A stretch of 63,978 nucleotides of DNA, filler included, from Octopus bimaculoides (taxonomy: Eukaryota), in NCBI RefSeq assembly GCF_001194135.2. It is 8 parts of 8 records of this genome, joined end to end, with 100 filler letters (N's around TTAATTAATTAA, not from the genome) between each part and the next. Parts side by side here need not be neighbours in the genome. Positions count along the whole stretch, not along the records: positions 62,716 to 63,978 come from NW_026413068.1; 7 more parts are not named here. One strand, written 5' to 3'. Below, in pieces: positions 62,716 through 63,978 of the stretch (within the stretch, counting starts at the first letter, position 1; each line of letters opens with the position of its first letter). The notes beneath the pieces are model-generated. The model was not told the origin of the DNA and made no database searches. It was given only the letters and a program-made list of their open reading frames with translations. Position numbers and translations under genes: made by a program.

Positions 62716-63978
62716 GTAAGATAAGACAGTTTATCATTGTTATCGGTAACTGCCAAGGGAACCAAACAGGCAAGATTTACTTCTGTTAAAACAACCAAAA
62801 GGCGGCTCAACAGATTACTAGTTTTTGATTGACCAAAAGTTTTGATTGGCTAAAATAACATACCAGGCAAAATTGATATTCAGTTGCCATCTATATGAGG
62901 ATACAATACATCTATGCAATTCGTATAGTTCAAGTTGAGCTTCTTTAGAAAGCACAAAAAGAAAAGAAAAAAAAAACAAATATGAAGCCTAAAATAAAAT
63001 TTTACTATTTTCCTTTTCTGGTGAAACACTTGTTGAAAATACTGCACTAATTTACATGGTAATTTTAAATGAATTATTTTTCTAATCAGTAATAATTTTC
63101 AGTGTCTGTTGCAATGCTTGTTAGCATGCGGTTAGGAGATAAAAAGAATAAATTCCAATTAAGTCACGTAGCCTGTAGTTAACATGTGATAATATGCAAA
63201 TGTATTTTATCTAGGTGCAAGACTGTGGCCTACATCTTGGAACGATCGTACATACATACATACATACATACATACATACATACACACACATGCATACATG
63301 TACACACACATACATACATACAATTCTCCTCTTTACATCATGAAAATCAATGGGAAAATGAATTTCACTTTACGGAATCTCACGTTATGACAAGATTTTC
63401 AAGAACGCATTATATTATTATGGCCAGGTTCCAGAATAATATAATGCGTTACTACTATAACGTGGGGTATTCCTGTATGTGTCTCTTATCGAAGAGCTTA
63501 ACCATGCTTGTTATATACTATTGTTTTTTCCTTTTTTTAAACCCTTTCATTGTAAATTCCCTGATTGGCAGCTTCAATGACTGACTACTTCAAATCTAAA
63601 TTATTTCAGCTGATTTTATCCCCAGTTTTTTTTATTTGTTAGCACTAAGAAAACGAATAAAAAAATGCCCGATATACAGTTGTCGTGTGACATACAGAGA
63701 GGTATCTTACTTTCAACACATTTTCAATGATACGATTTCGTCATATAATTTCGATAGTATTTGGTTTTATTGTTTACACCTTTACGCGTTTTTGCACTAC
63801 AATCGCTACTGCTTAAATTTCCATCCAGCTATTCATTGTGATTCACTAAGTTTACCCGTTGAAAATATCAGTTACCTGAGATAGACTGAAACGCTTTGTC
63901 ACGCGCCAATTTTCAATGTTTCGTATGTGTAAAGGACTGAACCAGTGCGTGTGTTTATTACCGGCATAATGCCTCTCC

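Noticed and set aside
1-63978. Most ORFs in the six-frame track (poly-YI, CV, HT, poly-H/I/N and X-runs)
   Set aside because: They are translations of di/trinucleotide microsatellites or N-gaps.

Overview
This is a eukaryotic, AT-rich, microsatellite-dense draft-genome window. The repeat families look like those of an octopus-type cephalopod (my recognition, not a database result). No host protein-coding gene, tRNA, rRNA or CRISPR array can be supported, and almost all listed ORFs are translated microsatellites or N-gaps. Seven 100-bp spacers (44 N + TTAATTAATTAA + 44 N) show that eight assembly pieces are joined here, so adjacency across them is not evidence. The sequence is a mosaic of four abundant tRNA-headed SINE families (labelled A, B, D and F here) and many RTE-LINE 3' ends, including a 2.4-kb copy with RT motifs. 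It also holds a Penelope-like element fragment (RT C-terminus + GIY-YIG), an L1/Tx1 3' end, a Gypsy pol fragment, a DD37D (maT-type) transposase remnant, mariner remnants and several MITE/fold-back elements. The most interesting signal is a set of minimal type I hammerhead ribozyme motifs with palindromic helix III, from at least four unrelated sequence families. One looks fully canonical (41164-41225), one is near-canonical and nested in a perfect 38-bp inverted repeat (59449-59510), one has a very long stem II and can only be rebuilt from two partial copies, and several are decayed. Several long inverted repeats could form dsRNA. Repeat boundaries were read by eye and are approximate.
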